DNA from: a bacterium
GTDB lineage: Bacteria; Bacillota_I; Bacilli_A; RFN20; CAG-826
Reading direction: 5' to 3'
DNA: 64,000 nt
Assembly: GCA_963643345.1 (NCBI GenBank)
Contig: CAVIJK010000001.1
Coordinates: 14,390-78,389 of the forward strand
A program made the position numbers and the translations under genes. Below are positions 47,019 to 58,931 of this stretch, piece by piece; positions within the stretch are counted from its first letter, which is position 1, and each line of letters opens with the position of its first letter. The notes beneath the pieces are model-generated. The model ran no database searches. It saw only the letters and a program-made list of their open reading frames with translations, and was not told the origin of the DNA.

Positions 47019-49424
47019 ATGGCTTACGATCATCAGAAGATCGAGGCGAAGTGGAGGAAGTATTGGGAAGATAACAATACGTTCTTCTGCGACACCCACG
47101 ATTTTTCAAAACCAAAATATTACTCACTTGACATGTTCCCTTACCCATCAGGACAAGGACTACATGTTGGACACCCTGAAGGCTATACCGCAAGCGACAT
47201 TGTTTGCCGTATGAAAAGAATGCAGGGGTATAACGTTCTTCATCCAATGGGCTGGGACGCTTTTGGCTTGCCTGCAGAGCAATTTGCAGTTGCAAACAAC
47301 CAACACCCAGAGGGATTCACAAGGAAAAACATTGCTCATTTCAAAGACCAAATTCAGTCTTTGGGAATGTCAATTGATTGGACGAAAGAATTCGCGACAA
47401 TCGATGAAGACTATTACAAATGGACGCAGTGGATCTTCATAAAGCTCTTTGAACATGACTTAGCTTATGTTGCAAACGTTCCTGTAAATTATTGCCCTGA
47501 ATTAGGAACCGTCCTCGCAAACGAAGAAGTAATTGACGGAAAATCAGAACGTGGCGGATATCCTGTCATCCGTATGCCTATGAGGCAGTGGATTCTTAAG
47601 ATTACATCTTATGCTGACAAACTTGAAAAAGATTTGGCGTTATTGAATTGGCCGAAATCCACCCTTGAAATGCAAAAGAACTGGATTGGCAGATCAACCG
47701 GCGTTGAAATCACATTCGGTGTTGCTGGAACGGATAAGAAATTTAAGGTTTTCACAACACGTGTTGACACACTTTTTGGCTGCACATATTGCGTTCTTGC
47801 TCCAGAACATCCTCTTGTTAAAGAAATCGTTTCCGATGCTCAGAGAACGGAAGTCGAAGCCTATGTTGCCGAAGCCGCCAAGAAATCGGATCTCACGAGA
47901 ACCTCTCTTGAGAAGGATAAATCCGGCGTTTATCTCGGCGCTGATGCAGTTAATCCGATAAATGGCAAACGCATCCCTATTTATATTTCAGATTATGTTC
48001 TTGGTTCTTATGGAACTGGCGCCGTTATGGCCGTTCCAACCCACGATGAGCGTGATTTTGCCTTTGCGACAAAATACGGCCTCGAATTAATACCTGTACT
48101 TGAAGGCTATAACGGCAAAGAAGCCTATGTTTCCGATGGCGCTCATATTAACTCTGCATATGCCGATGGTTTAAACATCAAAGACGCCAAAAAAGTCATT
48201 ACTGAGCACCTCGAAGCAATGGGCGCAGGAAAAGAAGTCGTTAACTACAAATTAAGGGACTGGATTTTCTCTCGTCAGAGATATTGGGGTGAACCAATCC
48301 CGATTGTCTGTATGGAAGATGGCACCGAAGTGGCTCTTAAGGAAAACGAATTGCCTCTTGTCTTGCCTGAACTCGATGAATATAAGCCATCTAAAGATGG
48401 AAGACCTCCGTTGGTAAACGCCCCTTCATCTTGGCTCAATGTCGAAATCAACGGAAAGAAAGGCGTTAGAGAAACCAATACAATGCCTCAGTGGGCAGGC
48501 TCATGCTGGTATTACATCAGATATATTGATCCTCATAACAATGACGCAATCGCCGACCCAGAATTAATCAAACACTGGTTACCTGTTGACTTATACATCG
48601 GCGGGCAAGAACATGCGGTTCTGCATCTTCTTTATGCGAGATTCTGGCATAAGTTCTTATACGATATTGGAGTCGTGAATTGCAAAGAACCATTCACAAG
48701 GCTCTACCATCAAGGCATGATTCTTGGCGCGAATCACGAGAAGATGTCCAAATCTCGCGGAAATGTCGTCAATCCTGATGATATCGTCAGAGATTCTGGT
48801 GCTGATTCATTGCGTTTATTCGAGATGTTTGCAGGGCCTCTTTGCGATGCCAAACCTTGGAATACGGATTCCCTTCAGGGGTCGAGACGTTTCATTGAAA
48901 GATGCTATCGTTTAGTGTCTGAAGATGAATTCAAGTCAAGAATCACCGATGAAAATTCGGGCGAACTTGATTATTCCTACAACTTCTTAGTAAAGAAAGT
49001 CACGGCTGATTTTGAAGATTTGTCCTTCAACACCGCTATCTCCCAGATGATGGTCTTCATCAATGACTGCTATAAAGCGAAATCACTTTATCGTCCATAC
49101 ATCGAAGGATTCGTCAAGATGTTCTCTTGCGTTGTTCCGTTTGTTGGGGAAGAAATGTGGGAGTGCTTGGGCCACGACAAGACTATCGCATATGAAACCT
49201 GGCCGACTTACGATGAATCAAAGTTGACACTTAACACGGTCAAAGTTGCAGTCTCGGTCAACGGTAAAGTTAGAGATGTCTTGCCGCTATCGCCTGATGC
49301 AAGTCAGGAAGAAGCCGAAAAAACAGCTTTTGCATCGGAAAAACTTAAAGTTTGGCTCGAAGGAAAAACGGTAAAGAAAGTCATCTACGTCAAGGGAAGA
49401 ATCCTTAACATTGTAGTTGCATAA
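47019..49424 (+). CDS. leuS: leucyl-tRNA synthetase
   Basis: 'HVGH' (HIGH) and 'KMSKS' motifs with the class I LeuS N-terminal opening '[20 protein letters not shown]'. Confidence 0.95.
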   Translation: MAYDHQKIEAKWRKYWEDNNTFFCDTHDFSKPKYYSLDMFPYPSGQGLHVGHPEGYTASDIVCRMKRMQGYNVLHPMGWDAFGLPAEQFAVANNQHPEGFTRKNIAHFKDQIQSLGMSIDWTKEFATIDEDYYKWTQWIFIKLFEHDLAYVANVPVNYCPELGTVLANEEVIDGKSERGGYPVIRMPMRQWILKITSYADKLEKDLALLNWPKSTLEMQKNWIGRSTGVEITFGVAGTDKKFKVFTTRVDTLFGCTYCVLAPEHPLVKEIVSDAQRTEVEAYVAEAAKKSDLTRTSLEKDKSGVYLGADAVNPINGKRIPIYISDYVLGSYGTGAVMAVPTHDERDFAFATKYGLELIPVLEGYNGKEAYVSDGAHINSAYADGLNIKDAKKVITEHLEAMGAGKEVVNYKLRDWIFSRQRYWGEPIPIVCMEDGTEVALKENELPLVLPELDEYKPSKDGRPPLVNAPSSWLNVEINGKKGVRETNTMPQWAGSCWYYIRYIDPHNNDAIADPELIKHWLPVDLYIGGQEHAVLHLLYARFWHKFLYDIGVVNCKEPFTRLYHQGMILGANHEKMSKSRGNVVNPDDIVRDSGADSLRLFEMFAGPLCDAKPWNTDSLQGSRRFIERCYRLVSEDEFKSRITDENSGELDYSYNFLVKKVTADFEDLSFNTAISQMMVFINDCYKAKSLYRPYIEGFVKMFSCVVPFVGEEMWECLGHDKTIAYETWPTYDESKLTLNTVKVAVSVNGKVRDVLPLSPDASQEEAEKTAFASEKLKVWLEGKTVKKVIYVKGRILNIVVA

Positions 49425-49430
49425 AACACA

Positions 49431-49464
49431 AGAAGGCGCTTACATGTGCGCCTTTTTCTTTTGC
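49431..49464 (+). terminator. intrinsic terminator after leuS
   Basis: AAGGCGC-ttacatgt-GCGCCTT followed by TTTTCTTTT. Confidence 0.7.
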
Positions 49465-49543
49465 CTAAAAATTTTTTGTAAAAACATGAAATAATCAGTG
49501 CTATTTAAAAACCTTATATATATAATGCACCCGTTGTTTTTAA

Positions 49544-50911
<1,368 letters not shown>

Positions 50912-50928
50912 TATTTCTCCAATGAATT

Positions 50929-50958
50929 AAAGGTATCGAAAGATGCCTTTTTCTTTTA
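50929..50958 (+). terminator. intrinsic terminator after gdhA
   Basis: AGGTATC-gaaa-GATGCCT (one G·U) followed by TTTTTCTTTT. Confidence 0.55.
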
Positions 50959-51034
50959 CCTTGGTGCCCTTTGTAATAAACTTAGTGAGCCCGATACTCG
51001 GCATAGGCTGAGATTGGAGCGGAGGTAGACCATT

Positions 51035-51793
51035 ATGCTATTGGCCATTGATGTTGGCAACACCATGACGGACTTTGGTGTTTTTGAAGGCACTCAACTG
51101 ATTGCCACATATAAGTTCGAGACGAAATCAGTCACCTCGGCTGATGACGCGTCTGTTAAGGGAGCAGGATTCAAAATGCTCAACAGCGAGGTTGGGGATA
51201 TCGATGGGGTTATCATCTCTTCCGTTGTTCCTAGCAAAACCACATTTTATGCTCAGATGAGCAAGAAATTGTGGGGGATTAAAGCGTTAACAATGGGTCC
51301 TGGATTGAAATCGGGGCTTAAACTAAAATGCGATTACCCTAATGAAGTCGGCGCAGATTTAATCGCCGATTGCGTTGGCGTCTCGTCAAAATACGGGAAC
51401 GGTTGTTTAATCGTTGACTTAGGAACCGCGAACAAATACATCTATTTGGATAAAGAGGGTGCGTTTGCCGGTGTTTCGATTGCTCCTGGAGTGGGCATTT
51501 CTTTGAACGCACTCATAAGCGGTGCGGCAAATCTTCCGGATATAGGTCTAAAAATTCCGAAGAATGTCATCGGCAAGAACACTTTAGATTGCATGAATTC
51601 TGGGATTGTTTATGGCACGCAATTCGAAATAGAGGGATTTGCCAAGGCTTTTGAAAAAGAAGCTGGATATCCGCTGAAGAAAGTAATTACCGGTGGAAAC
51701 GCTAGATACGTATCTGATTTATTCCCAGATTACATTTACGACGAAAACGTTCTTTTGTGTGGTCTCGCCACGATATATTCAAGAAGGAAATAA
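51035..51793 (+). CDS. coaX: type III pantothenate kinase
   Basis: 'LLAIDVGNT' N-terminus and 'DLGTA' acetate/sugar-kinase fold motifs typical of CoaX. Confidence 0.85.
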   Translation: MLLAIDVGNTMTDFGVFEGTQLIATYKFETKSVTSADDASVKGAGFKMLNSEVGDIDGVIISSVVPSKTTFYAQMSKKLWGIKALTMGPGLKSGLKLKCDYPNEVGADLIADCVGVSSKYGNGCLIVDLGTANKYIYLDKEGAFAGVSIAPGVGISLNALISGAANLPDIGLKIPKNVIGKNTLDCMNSGIVYGTQFEIEGFAKAFEKEAGYPLKKVITGGNARYVSDLFPDYIYDENVLLCGLATIYSRRK

Positions 51794-51798
51794 CTAAA

Positions 51799-52458
51799 AT
51801 GTTGGAAAAAATTATATTTACGGGCGGACTTGCCTCCTGCGTTATTCTATTTGTCTATTTGCTAACCAAATTTTATAAAACGGCCGAGAACAAGATATCC
51901 ACAAGACAGATTGCTGGAATTGGTATAATCGGCGCCTTAACATTTGTTCTTGCTTTTGTATCTAATTATGTTTCTTTTGGACCAGTAAATATCAATCTTG
52001 CTCTTGTCCCGATTGCCGTTGGCGCTTGCATTTACGGCCCGTGGTGGGGATTTTTCCTTGGAGCGCTTGATGGTTTGATTACGCTTGTATCCCCGTCTAC
52101 ACTGACATATTTTGTGCCGGTTAATGCCGTTGCTACGGTCATCATTTGCGTGTTTAAAACCGGACTTGGCGGCCTAATCGCGGGATATTTGTATAAGCTT
52201 ATCCACAAGAAACAGGATTTTGTTGCTTCTATTGTTGCATCTCTAGTTGTTCCGCTTGTTAACACCGGATTATTTATTCTGGGCGCATATTTATTCTTCT
52301 TGTCCATTTACGGCAATATCTTAACTTTGTTCACGGCCGTTATTACCGTTAACTTTGGCATAGAATTTGCGGTAGCAATTGTGCTTAGCCCGATCGTTTA
52401 TAAGATACTGAAGATTGCGACTAAAGGGAAAGATATAGGCTCTGTTTACGGAAAATAA
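51799..52458 (+). CDS. polytopic membrane protein, possible ECF-transporter S component
   Basis: ~220 aa with 6 TM, directly after coaX. The ECF-S assignment rests on size, topology and context only. Confidence 0.35.
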   Translation: MLEKIIFTGGLASCVILFVYLLTKFYKTAENKISTRQIAGIGIIGALTFVLAFVSNYVSFGPVNINLALVPIAVGACIYGPWWGFFLGALDGLITLVSPSTLTYFVPVNAVATVIICVFKTGLGGLIAGYLYKLIHKKQDFVASIVASLVVPLVNTGLFILGAYLFFLSIYGNILTLFTAVITVNFGIEFAVAIVLSPIVYKILKIATKGKDIGSVYGK

Positions 52459-52650
52459 GTCAGAATTAATTTCAAGTTTGATGGGATTTGTCATTCAAAG
52501 TGGCAAATTCCTTTTATATTTAATCAAAGTAGCATAGACTAATAGATGCTATGGCCGTTGAGGAATATATTCCTCCTAACCCATAAGCGTTATTAAGCCC
52601 TCTGCGGTTAAAGAGGTTAAAGAGGTTTTACGAGGGCTAGAAGGGAAGAT

Positions 52651-54024
52651 ATGGCAAATTACAAAAAACTAGCGAAAGGCTACGAGAATAAAGCCGTCGC
52701 AACACTTAAACAGTTCATTAAAATCGACTCTGTTTATGATTCAACCACCATTAAATTAGGGCAACCGTTCGGATCCGGAGTTAAAAAGGCTCTAGATTTC
52801 GTTGGCAAAATAGGCAAAGATTTCGGTTGGAAAGTCGATTACGTTAATGGATATTGCACCGAACTTACAATTGGCGATGAAGGACCACTCATCGGCATTT
52901 ATGGACATTCTGATGTTGTTCCGGCAACAGGCACATGGACAAGCGCTCCATTTAGCCCAGACGAAAGAGATGGCGTTATCTATGGCAGAGGCGCTTGCGA
53001 TGACAAAGGCCCGTTAGTGGCGGCAATTTATGCTACCAAATTGCTTCAGGACGCTGGGTTGCTTAGAGGATTCAGGGTCAAAATTGTTTCTGGAGGAGAT
53101 GAAGAAAGAGGTTCTTCGTGCCTTAACTATTATTTCAAGGAATTCAAGGGAGAGGCTGCAAAATACGCATTCACACCAGATGCAGATTACCCTTTGATTT
53201 ATGCCGAGAAAGGCATGAGATCATATCTTCTCACCAAAACATTGGATTTAGGACCAATCACTGCCATGGATGGTGGTGTTGTGACCAATGCTGTTTGCGA
53301 TTCTCTTTTGGTTACGCTTAAAGCTGATAAGAAATTCGAGGAATACCTGAAGACAAACAACGTTCCATGCGATTTATCATCTAACGAATTCCTTACAGTT
53401 GTTAGGTTCAAGGGCAAAGCCGCACATGGATCAACCCCTGAAAGAGGCGTAAACGCTGCCTCTATTGCCTTTAAGGCCATTGGCGAATACTACAAAATTA
53501 AAGATTTGACAGAAATCGTCCCATTCATAGACTCTTGCGACGGTTCATATTGGGGCGGCAATGTTGTCTCTAAAGAACTCGGACCTTGCTCTTATAACTA
53601 TGGCATAGTCAAATACGAAAAGAGAACAAAGACGTTATCCATGACTTTGGACTTCAGATTTGGCGAAGAAGCCAATAGAGATGAATTGGTCGCTGCCCTT
53701 GCTAAGAAAACGGGATTTGTTGCTACTCCTTTGGGAGAAGGCCATAACCATCTCTTGTTCGATAAGAAGTCGCCTCTTGTCTCAACCCTCATGAAAGCTT
53801 ATAAGCATGAGACATTCGATTTATTTGCTAAGCCACTTGCCATTGGCGGAGGAACATACGCTAAAGAGGCTCCAAACTGCGTTGCTTTCGGCGCAGTCTT
53901 CCCGGCCAATAGAGAAATTCAGGGCAATATGCATTCTCCAAATGAATTCATTTCAAGAAAAGATTTCATGAAAGATATTGCCATCTACGCTCGCGCTATT
54001 TACATGTTAGGAAATTTAAAGTGA
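52651..54024 (+). CDS. M20-family dipeptidase (PepV/Sapep-like)
   Basis: 'GHSDVVP', 'GRGACDDKG' and 'GGDEERGS' metal-binding signatures of the M20A dipeptidase subfamily. Confidence 0.75.
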   Translation: MANYKKLAKGYENKAVATLKQFIKIDSVYDSTTIKLGQPFGSGVKKALDFVGKIGKDFGWKVDYVNGYCTELTIGDEGPLIGIYGHSDVVPATGTWTSAPFSPDERDGVIYGRGACDDKGPLVAAIYATKLLQDAGLLRGFRVKIVSGGDEERGSSCLNYYFKEFKGEAAKYAFTPDADYPLIYAEKGMRSYLLTKTLDLGPITAMDGGVVTNAVCDSLLVTLKADKKFEEYLKTNNVPCDLSSNEFLTVVRFKGKAAHGSTPERGVNAASIAFKAIGEYYKIKDLTEIVPFIDSCDGSYWGGNVVSKELGPCSYNYGIVKYEKRTKTLSMTLDFRFGEEANRDELVAALAKKTGFVATPLGEGHNHLLFDKKSPLVSTLMKAYKHETFDLFAKPLAIGGGTYAKEAPNCVAFGAVFPANREIQGNMHSPNEFISRKDFMKDIAIYARAIYMLGNLK

Positions 54025-54638
54025 GAGGTCGTTTCAAAAAATGGGCTGCTCCATATTTAGATGAGCATGATGGAGTAGTCATAAAAGAAATAAAGGCAGA
54101 GGATCCGTTTTTCCAGGCTGACAAACTCTATTTGGAAGTTGGGTCGGGAAAAGGAGATTTCGTATTGGGCCTTTCTCAAAAGAGAAATGGCAACTATCTT
54201 GCTCTAGAAAGAGATGTTTCGATCTCGGGAATCCTCGCCAAAAAGGTAGTGGAATCTGAGATTGCTAACATCCGTGTTATGAATGATGACTTCGATAATG
54301 TATATGAAGCGGTAAAAGATACTCTCAAGTTCGACATCATCTTCTTAAATTTTTCTGACCCATGGCCTAAGAAAAAACACTGGAAGAGAAGACTTACAAC
54401 CAAAGTCAGACTGCAAAATATGATCAACATATTAAAAGATGGCGGAGAGATTAGAATTAAAACCGATAATGATGATCTCTATATGTTTACGAAAGAAGAG
54501 GCGGAGGCATTGCCGCTTACGAAGATATTCGACACTGATAATTACATATACGACGAAAGCGATGATGCCATGAGCGAATACGAGAGAAATTTCCGCTCAA
54601 TGGGAAAGACCATCAATCGTCTTGTGTATAGAAAGTAG
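54021..54638 (+). CDS. trmB: tRNA (guanine46-N7)-methyltransferase
   Basis: 'LEVGSGKGDF', 'FLNFSDPWPKKKHWKRRL' canonical TrmB blocks. Confidence 0.9.
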   Translation: MRGRFKKWAAPYLDEHDGVVIKEIKAEDPFFQADKLYLEVGSGKGDFVLGLSQKRNGNYLALERDVSISGILAKKVVESEIANIRVMNDDFDNVYEAVKDTLKFDIIFLNFSDPWPKKKHWKRRLTTKVRLQNMINILKDGGEIRIKTDNDDLYMFTKEEAEALPLTKIFDTDNYIYDESDDAMSEYERNFRSMGKTINRLVYRK

Positions 54639-54648
54639 GGTAGAAGCC

Positions 54649-55251
54649 ATGTATCGCATGTTCTACAATCACGAAGTTTCGGGAGATACATTGTTTATAG
54701 TTCTAAGCACGAACAAAACGTTCGATCACGGAGAAAATATCGATGATGTCTATGCTTTATATAGTGTTGATAACGAACTTATCGGCATTAATATCAATAA
54801 CCTTTCCAGGGTCTTAAAAATCAAAGCCCACGGGATGATTGTGACTCCGGGGAAAGAATTAGTTGATGTCGTTAATAACATTCTTAAAAGAGCAAAGTTA
54901 CCGATATTGCCTTATTGTATCGATTCGGGCTATAGGGTCGGGGTTGTTTCTTCAATCTCCAATGTTGCTTCTACTGATAAATATAAGATAATCGTGGTAG
55001 ATGTTGGCGATGATCGGATGATTGCTGCTAGCAATTATGACAATTTTAAAATCGGAGACTACGTTGTATTGGCCCTCGATGGCACTATTCAGTATAATGG
55101 CGCCACCTTTAGGTCACACGAAAAAGACGGCGTTATGATTAATTGTTTAATTTGCAACGCGAAAGAACTCCGAATCAATGCCGATTCAAAAGGCGCATTC
55201 GTTGTTGATGGATATAAATCTGGTGAAGATTTCTATTTAGCAGGAGAATAA
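54649..55251 (+). CDS. YtpR-like tRNA-binding-domain protein
   Basis: ~200 aa. The C-terminal 'IVVDVGDDRMIAASNYDNFKIGDYVVLAL' resembles a Myf/CsaA-type tRNA-binding OB fold. Its position after trmB is as in Bacillus. Confidence 0.5.
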   Translation: MYRMFYNHEVSGDTLFIVLSTNKTFDHGENIDDVYALYSVDNELIGININNLSRVLKIKAHGMIVTPGKELVDVVNNILKRAKLPILPYCIDSGYRVGVVSSISNVASTDKYKIIVVDVGDDRMIAASNYDNFKIGDYVVLALDGTIQYNGATFRSHEKDGVMINCLICNAKELRINADSKGAFVVDGYKSGEDFYLAGE

Positions 55252-55253
55252 CT

Positions 55254-56357
55254 ATGGAAGAATTAGAGATTAAGCTTAAGGAACAGGGCAAGATTTCCCG
55301 CTTAACAAACAAGACCTTTAAATTCGATGAAAGAATTAGGGATGGCTATTATTCCGCCAATTATTTCTTAAAATCACGCAAAATAGTTTTGGAGCGTTGC
55401 CCAGGGCACGTCGTTGAAATGCAGTTTTTCCAAAGAAAAGATAACGTGATGGTTTGCGGTCTTGATGAGGCTATCGCAATTCTACATACTTTTGCCGTTG
55501 AGCCAGAAACCCTCAATATTTGGGCTCTGAACGACGGTGATATTGTCAATGCGGGAGAACCGGTTCTTAAAATCACTGGCAAATATGAGAATTTTGGTTT
55601 TCTTGAGTCGATCATCGATGGAATATTGACGAGAAGAACATCGGTTGCCACAAACGTTCATGAGGTCGTCGTTGCTCTTAAAGGCACAGATACATTTTCT
55701 ATGGCGGATAGGCAGGATGATCCATATACCCAGACCGGCGATGGATACGCAACATATGTTGCTGGAATCAAAAAATTTTCCACCGACGCTCAAGGTGAAT
55801 GGGTCGGGGTTAAGGGCATGGGCACTATGCCACACGCTTTAATTCAAATCTGCGATGGTGATATTGTTAAGGCTTGCAACATTTACCATGAAACATTCCC
55901 TAACGAACTTGTGACGGCCTTGATCGACTACAACAACAATGTCGTTGAGGACACGGTTAAAGTCGCTAAAGCCTTAGGACGCGCCTTAAAAGGTGTCCGT
56001 GTTGACACTTCTAAATCTTTGGTGGATCATTATTTCGATGATAAAGATACATCGGGGTTTGACCCACATGGCGTTTGCAAAGAACTTATATATGCCCTTA
56101 AAGAGAGACTCGTTAAAGAGGGTTTTGATTGGGTGAAAATTACGGTATCTAGCGGTTTTACCGCAAAAAAGATTAAATCTTGGACTGACGAGGGCGTGCC
56201 AGTTGATATGTATGGCGTAGGAACCTCACTTATAAAAAACGATACAGTCGGATATACTGGTGACTTAGTTATCCTTGATGGGCATGCCCAAGCCAAGGAA
56301 GGCAGAAAAGACATTCCATCCGACAGGCTAAAGAAAGTTTCGTATCCAATTTACTAA
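55254..56357 (+). CDS. nicotinate phosphoribosyltransferase-family protein (short, archaeal-type)
   Basis: Type II PRTase family blocks incl. 'GVKGMGTMPHALIQ'. ~367 aa. Confidence 0.55.
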   Translation: MEELEIKLKEQGKISRLTNKTFKFDERIRDGYYSANYFLKSRKIVLERCPGHVVEMQFFQRKDNVMVCGLDEAIAILHTFAVEPETLNIWALNDGDIVNAGEPVLKITGKYENFGFLESIIDGILTRRTSVATNVHEVVVALKGTDTFSMADRQDDPYTQTGDGYATYVAGIKKFSTDAQGEWVGVKGMGTMPHALIQICDGDIVKACNIYHETFPNELVTALIDYNNNVVEDTVKVAKALGRALKGVRVDTSKSLVDHYFDDKDTSGFDPHGVCKELIYALKERLVKEGFDWVKITVSSGFTAKKIKSWTDEGVPVDMYGVGTSLIKNDTVGYTGDLVILDGHAQAKEGRKDIPSDRLKKVSYPIY

Positions 56358-56359
56358 TT

Positions 56360-57091
56360 ATGATAAGCTTCAAAACTCCGATTGATGTGGTTTTATTTAT
56401 TGCCGAGATAATCGCTTGCATATCGTTTGCAACATCTGGCGCAATTACAGCTTTAAGGAAGAAAACTGACCTTTTAGGTGTATGGATTTTAACTTTGATA
56501 GAAGTCTTTGGTGGTGGACTTTTGAGGGATTTAATCCTCAACAAAGGTGCGCCACACATATTTTGGGACCCTGAATATTTATGGTTGGCAGCACTTGTCA
56601 TCGCGATATCTACTGTTTGTTTTGTGCTGGCTTGTTTGCCGAAAACCGCTAAATATTTGGAAGATCATAGACACGCTTTCTGGATTTATGCTTTGGATGC
56701 GATTGGCATTTCCGTTTTCTCTGTTGCCGGGGCAAAAACTGCTTTTTATGCCTTGCCAGAAGAAATCGGAGCCTTTGAAACTTATGTTTTTTGCGTTTGC
56801 CTTGGCGTTATAACCGGCGTTGGAGGAGGCATGTTCAGGGATGTTTTTGTGGGGGAAATTCCCTCCGTCTTTAAAAAACATTTCTATATGATGCCATGTA
56901 TTATCGGAACCACCATTTACGCTGCTTTCCTCATCAACGATTGGGGGGACTCTTACGGAATAGTTGGGGTTGCGCTATCTTGCGCCGTGATTATTACTCT
57001 GAGGATCTTGGCTACTTTATTCCAATGGAACCTACCTAGAGCAAAAGCCTTTAATACGATAATGGAAGAAGAAAGCAAAAACAAAAATTGA
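56360..57091 (+). CDS. UPF0126/TRIC-family membrane protein (two glycine-transporter-like repeats)
   Basis: Duplicated 'GGG(L/M)(L/F)RD' motifs ('FGGGLLRDLIL', 'GVGGGMFRDVFV') in a 7-TM framework. Confidence 0.7.
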   Translation: MISFKTPIDVVLFIAEIIACISFATSGAITALRKKTDLLGVWILTLIEVFGGGLLRDLILNKGAPHIFWDPEYLWLAALVIAISTVCFVLACLPKTAKYLEDHRHAFWIYALDAIGISVFSVAGAKTAFYALPEEIGAFETYVFCVCLGVITGVGGGMFRDVFVGEIPSVFKKHFYMMPCIIGTTIYAAFLINDWGDSYGIVGVALSCAVIITLRILATLFQWNLPRAKAFNTIMEEESKNKN

Positions 57092-57140
57092 GAGATTTAG
57101 ACAATTGTTTTATCTTATAAATAAGGAAAGAGGAAAAAGC

Positions 57141-57662
57141 ATGAAAAACTTGGTTAATTTCACGGTTGGAAACGATGACGATAAGCTTTTGAAAGAATAT
57201 ACATTCGAAAGGGTCGGTTCTAAACTTGTTATAACGGAGGCTGACGTTGTCAAAAACAAAGGTGACGCTCAGACCGTAACAACAACCAAAATCGCCGAGT
57301 TTGATAAAGTGACAGTTGAGGTCAGTGTTGGAAGTCTTCGCAAAACGATGAAAATAGTCTTAGCCATTCTCGTTACTTTAATCGGTATCGGAGTCATTTG
57401 CTTATCATTCCTCAAAGATTCAATTTGCCAGGGCAACCTTTCCAGCATATCCACGGTGTTCCCTTGGCTTTGTTATATTGTCGGCGGATTCATTGTGATT
57501 GCCGGCCTTTGTTGGTTCATTTCGGGAATCGCTAGAAGAAAGAAGGTCGTATTCACACAAATCGACGTTAAGTGCGATGGCGAAATCTTTGAAATGGTTA
57601 GATTCAAAGATAATCCGCAAGGCGAGATTGCAACAAATATAATAGATTTCTTTAGAGGCTAA
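57141..57662 (+). CDS. hypothetical membrane protein (two central TM helices)
   Basis: ORF with AAGGAAAGAGG RBS region. Start taken at MKNLVNF. Confidence 0.45.
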   Translation: MKNLVNFTVGNDDDKLLKEYTFERVGSKLVITEADVVKNKGDAQTVTTTKIAEFDKVTVEVSVGSLRKTMKIVLAILVTLIGIGVICLSFLKDSICQGNLSSISTVFPWLCYIVGGFIVIAGLCWFISGIARRKKVVFTQIDVKCDGEIFEMVRFKDNPQGEIATNIIDFFRG

Positions 57663-57665
57663 GCA

Positions 57666-57696
57666 CTAAAAAGGGGTGATTCCCCTTTTCTTTTTT
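57666..57696 (+). terminator. intrinsic terminator
   Basis: AAAAGGGG-tgatt-CCCCTTTT followed by CTTTTTT. Confidence 0.75.
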
Positions 57697-57724
57697 GGCT
57701 TTTATGAAAAAAGATGTAAATATG

Positions 57725-57737
57725 TGAAAAATTTTCA
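57725..57737. promoter_or_regulatory. perfect 13-bp palindrome TGAAAAaTTTTCA, candidate operator
   Basis: Located ~57 nt upstream of the LacI-family regulator start. No CG core, so not a canonical cre. Confidence 0.3.
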
Positions 57738-57793
57738 TTGAACTTACGAAAAAAATGACATTAAATTATGACGATGAAAGGGTTTTCAATAAA

Positions 57794-58795
57794 ATGGATA
57801 ATTTAAAAGAACGTGTAACTATATACCAAGTCGCCCAAGCATCCGGCGTTTCTTTAGCCACGGTTTCCCGTGTCATCAACAAACAGGGAAATGTCACGGA
57901 AGCCACTAGAACTAAAGTTGAAGAAACAATTAAGCGTTTGGGTTACAAGCCTTCTGGCTTGGCTCAGGCTCTTGCTACGAATAGAACAACAAACATTGGA
58001 ATCGTCATTCCTAGCGCTAACTATGTCTACATTGCGAATATGTTAAGCGGTGTATCGGAGGTCGCTAAAGAAAAAGGATTCATCCTAACTTTGTTTACGA
58101 CAGGGCATTCCAGAGAAGATGCAATCTCCATGATAGAGAAAGTTATCGTCTCTCATGTTGATGGTGCAATTATTTTTGATGATGAGCTTGATGAGGCGGA
58201 TGTTGAAAAGATTAATTCTTATTCGGTTCCAACAATCGTCATCAACAAGAAGATAACGGGAGATAGGACTGGATGCGTCAATTTCTCATACAGCAACGCG
58301 CTTGAAAAACTGATTCAGTCTTATTATGAGAATCATGGCGATGTCGAGATGACGTTCATCCATTTGCATAACTGCGGAAGGTTATTAAGTCACTGCGAAA
58401 GAAGATTCATCGCGGTCCATCAAAAAATCAACAAGCCGTATCATATAATGAACGTTGATGATTCTTACACTAGAACATATACGGATTTCACGAATTACTT
58501 CCAGAATCATAGGAATGGCTATTTCATTGCTTATCGCGACTCGATTGCAGCGGCAGTGGCCAATGCCGCAACAGACTGCGGATTAAGAATCCCTGAAGAT
58601 ATTCAGGTTGTCTCATTGGTTGGCACAAAATACGCGCACATCGTAAGGCCTACGCTCACATCCCTTGACCTTGATTGGCAGGAAGTCGGCAAACGTTCAA
58701 TGTACATGTTAATTGATTTAATCAACAGAAACCTTGAAGAAAAATCTTATAAATTCGATGCCAAACTGGTTCTCAGGAACTCCACAAAGAACTAA
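57794..58795 (+). CDS. LacI-family transcriptional regulator
   Basis: N-terminal HTH 'VTIYQVAQASGVSLATVSRVIN' and periplasmic-binding-fold C-terminus. Confidence 0.85.
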   Translation: MDNLKERVTIYQVAQASGVSLATVSRVINKQGNVTEATRTKVEETIKRLGYKPSGLAQALATNRTTNIGIVIPSANYVYIANMLSGVSEVAKEKGFILTLFTTGHSREDAISMIEKVIVSHVDGAIIFDDELDEADVEKINSYSVPTIVINKKITGDRTGCVNFSYSNALEKLIQSYYENHGDVEMTFIHLHNCGRLLSHCERRFIAVHQKINKPYHIMNVDDSYTRTYTDFTNYFQNHRNGYFIAYRDSIAAAVANAATDCGLRIPEDIQVVSLVGTKYAHIVRPTLTSLDLDWQEVGKRSMYMLIDLINRNLEEKSYKFDAKLVLRNSTKN

Positions 58796-58810
58796 AATAC
58801 ATCTAGAAAA

Positions 58811-58842
58811 TTACGCATGCTCGCCCATGCGTTTTTCTTTTT
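58811..58842 (+). terminator. intrinsic terminator after LacI gene
   Basis: ACGCATG-ctcgcc-CATGCGT followed by TTTTCTTTTT. Confidence 0.7.
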
Positions 58843-58931
58843 GAATAAAATCTTTGTATTTTGTATGTATCAAGCCTAGAATAATAATTAATTAAGCGAC
58901 TTAACCAATAATTATCTATAGGAGGTTTTTT

